Assembly (NCBI GenBank): GCA_022340515.1
Contig: JAJDNT010000261.1
Location: 1-62,879, forward strand
DNA: 62,879 bases
DNA from: Deltaproteobacteria bacterium
GTDB lineage: Bacteria; Desulfobacterota; Syntrophobacteria; BM002
Reading direction: 5' to 3'
Positions 62,686-62,879 of this stretch are shown here, in pieces. The number at the start of each line of letters is the position of its first letter. Positions within the stretch are counted from its first letter, which is position 1. The notes beneath the pieces were generated by a model. That model made no database searches. It saw nothing but the letters and a program-made list of their open reading frames with translations, and was not told the DNA's origin. Made by a program: the position numbers and the translations under genes.

Positions 62686-62879
62686 CTAAATCTGTTTGAA
62701 TACCTCGTCCGCTGCCGCCAGTGTCCTATCGATGTCTTCCTGTTCGTGGGCCAGACTGACAAAAACCGCCTCGAATTGTGATGGGGCCAGATATACGCCT
62801 CTTTCTAACATAGCGCAAAACATATGGGCAAATTTCTGGGTATCGGCAGTTTGGGCGGAGTCGAAATCAACCACAGTTC
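62686..62879 (-). CDS. hemL: Glutamate-1-semialdehyde 2,1-aminomutase, C-terminal end (the gene continues beyond the window)
   Basis: C-terminal sequence ...MLERGVYLAPSQFEAVFVSLAHEQEDID... is typical of HemL. The frame is open to the window edge. Confidence 0.7.
   Translation of the reverse strand, partial: TVVDFDSAQTADTQKFAHMFCAMLERGVYLAPSQFEAVFVSLAHEQEDIDRTLAAADEVFKQI

Overview
A 62.9-kb chromosomal window from a Gram-negative bacterium. The gene content (tungsten-type aldehyde:ferredoxin oxidoreductase, Rex, Alternative Complex III, NikK/L-type nickel ECF transporters) resembles Desulfobacterota-like anaerobes or microaerophiles, but the taxon cannot be proven from the sequence alone.

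Gene content, left to right:
- a 5'-truncated DMT permease with a very His-rich tail
- two nickel/cobalt ECF uptake loci (nikM-nikL-nikQ-nikO and nikK-nikM2), separated by an AI-2E transporter gene
- an OprB-like porin
- a 13-kb respiratory block joining Alternative Complex III (actB-C-D-F-A) to a cbb3-type oxidase (ccoN, a ccoO/c fusion, ccoS, small membrane ORFs, a monoheme cytochrome c, and the CcoI Cu-ATPase)
- citrate synthase and assorted hydrolases
- a minus-strand accessory stretch of lipoproteins, YkgJ/DUF362, an HD protein and two PilZ proteins, one of them a TPR-PilZ-FHA fusion
- alkaline phosphatase, RraA-like, TerB-like, a FixH-like/DsbD_2 pair, AzoR and NhaA
- a CoA-transferase / methylmalonyl-CoA-decarboxylase-like / ThDP-enzyme trio, whose last gene is compositionally foreign (much higher GC)
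- a 1.1-kb ORF-free AT-rich gap
- gabT, a Liv-type ABC transporter and aor
- a short UvrA that lacks the insertion domain
- rex, atpZ-I-B-E and the 3' end of hemL

No rRNA, tRNA, CRISPR array, transposase or phage genes were seen.

The most unusual signals are non-coding:
1. A 184-bp foldback (whole-element hairpin) repeat present in three copies. Two copies differ by compensatory substitutions, and the element termini coincide with flanking stop codons.
2. Paralogous terminator-type leader hairpins in front of both nik loci, also with compensatory changes.
3. A conserved intergenic motif (core CATCTGAGCAACCG) upstream of three or four unrelated genes.
4. A family of word-stutter hairpin elements (CATAGGG / CATGGAG / AATCCGC and similar) lying inside and between operons.
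5. A 15-nt identical pre-start motif in front of actF and ccoS.

All protein calls are made by eye from motifs. No database search was possible.
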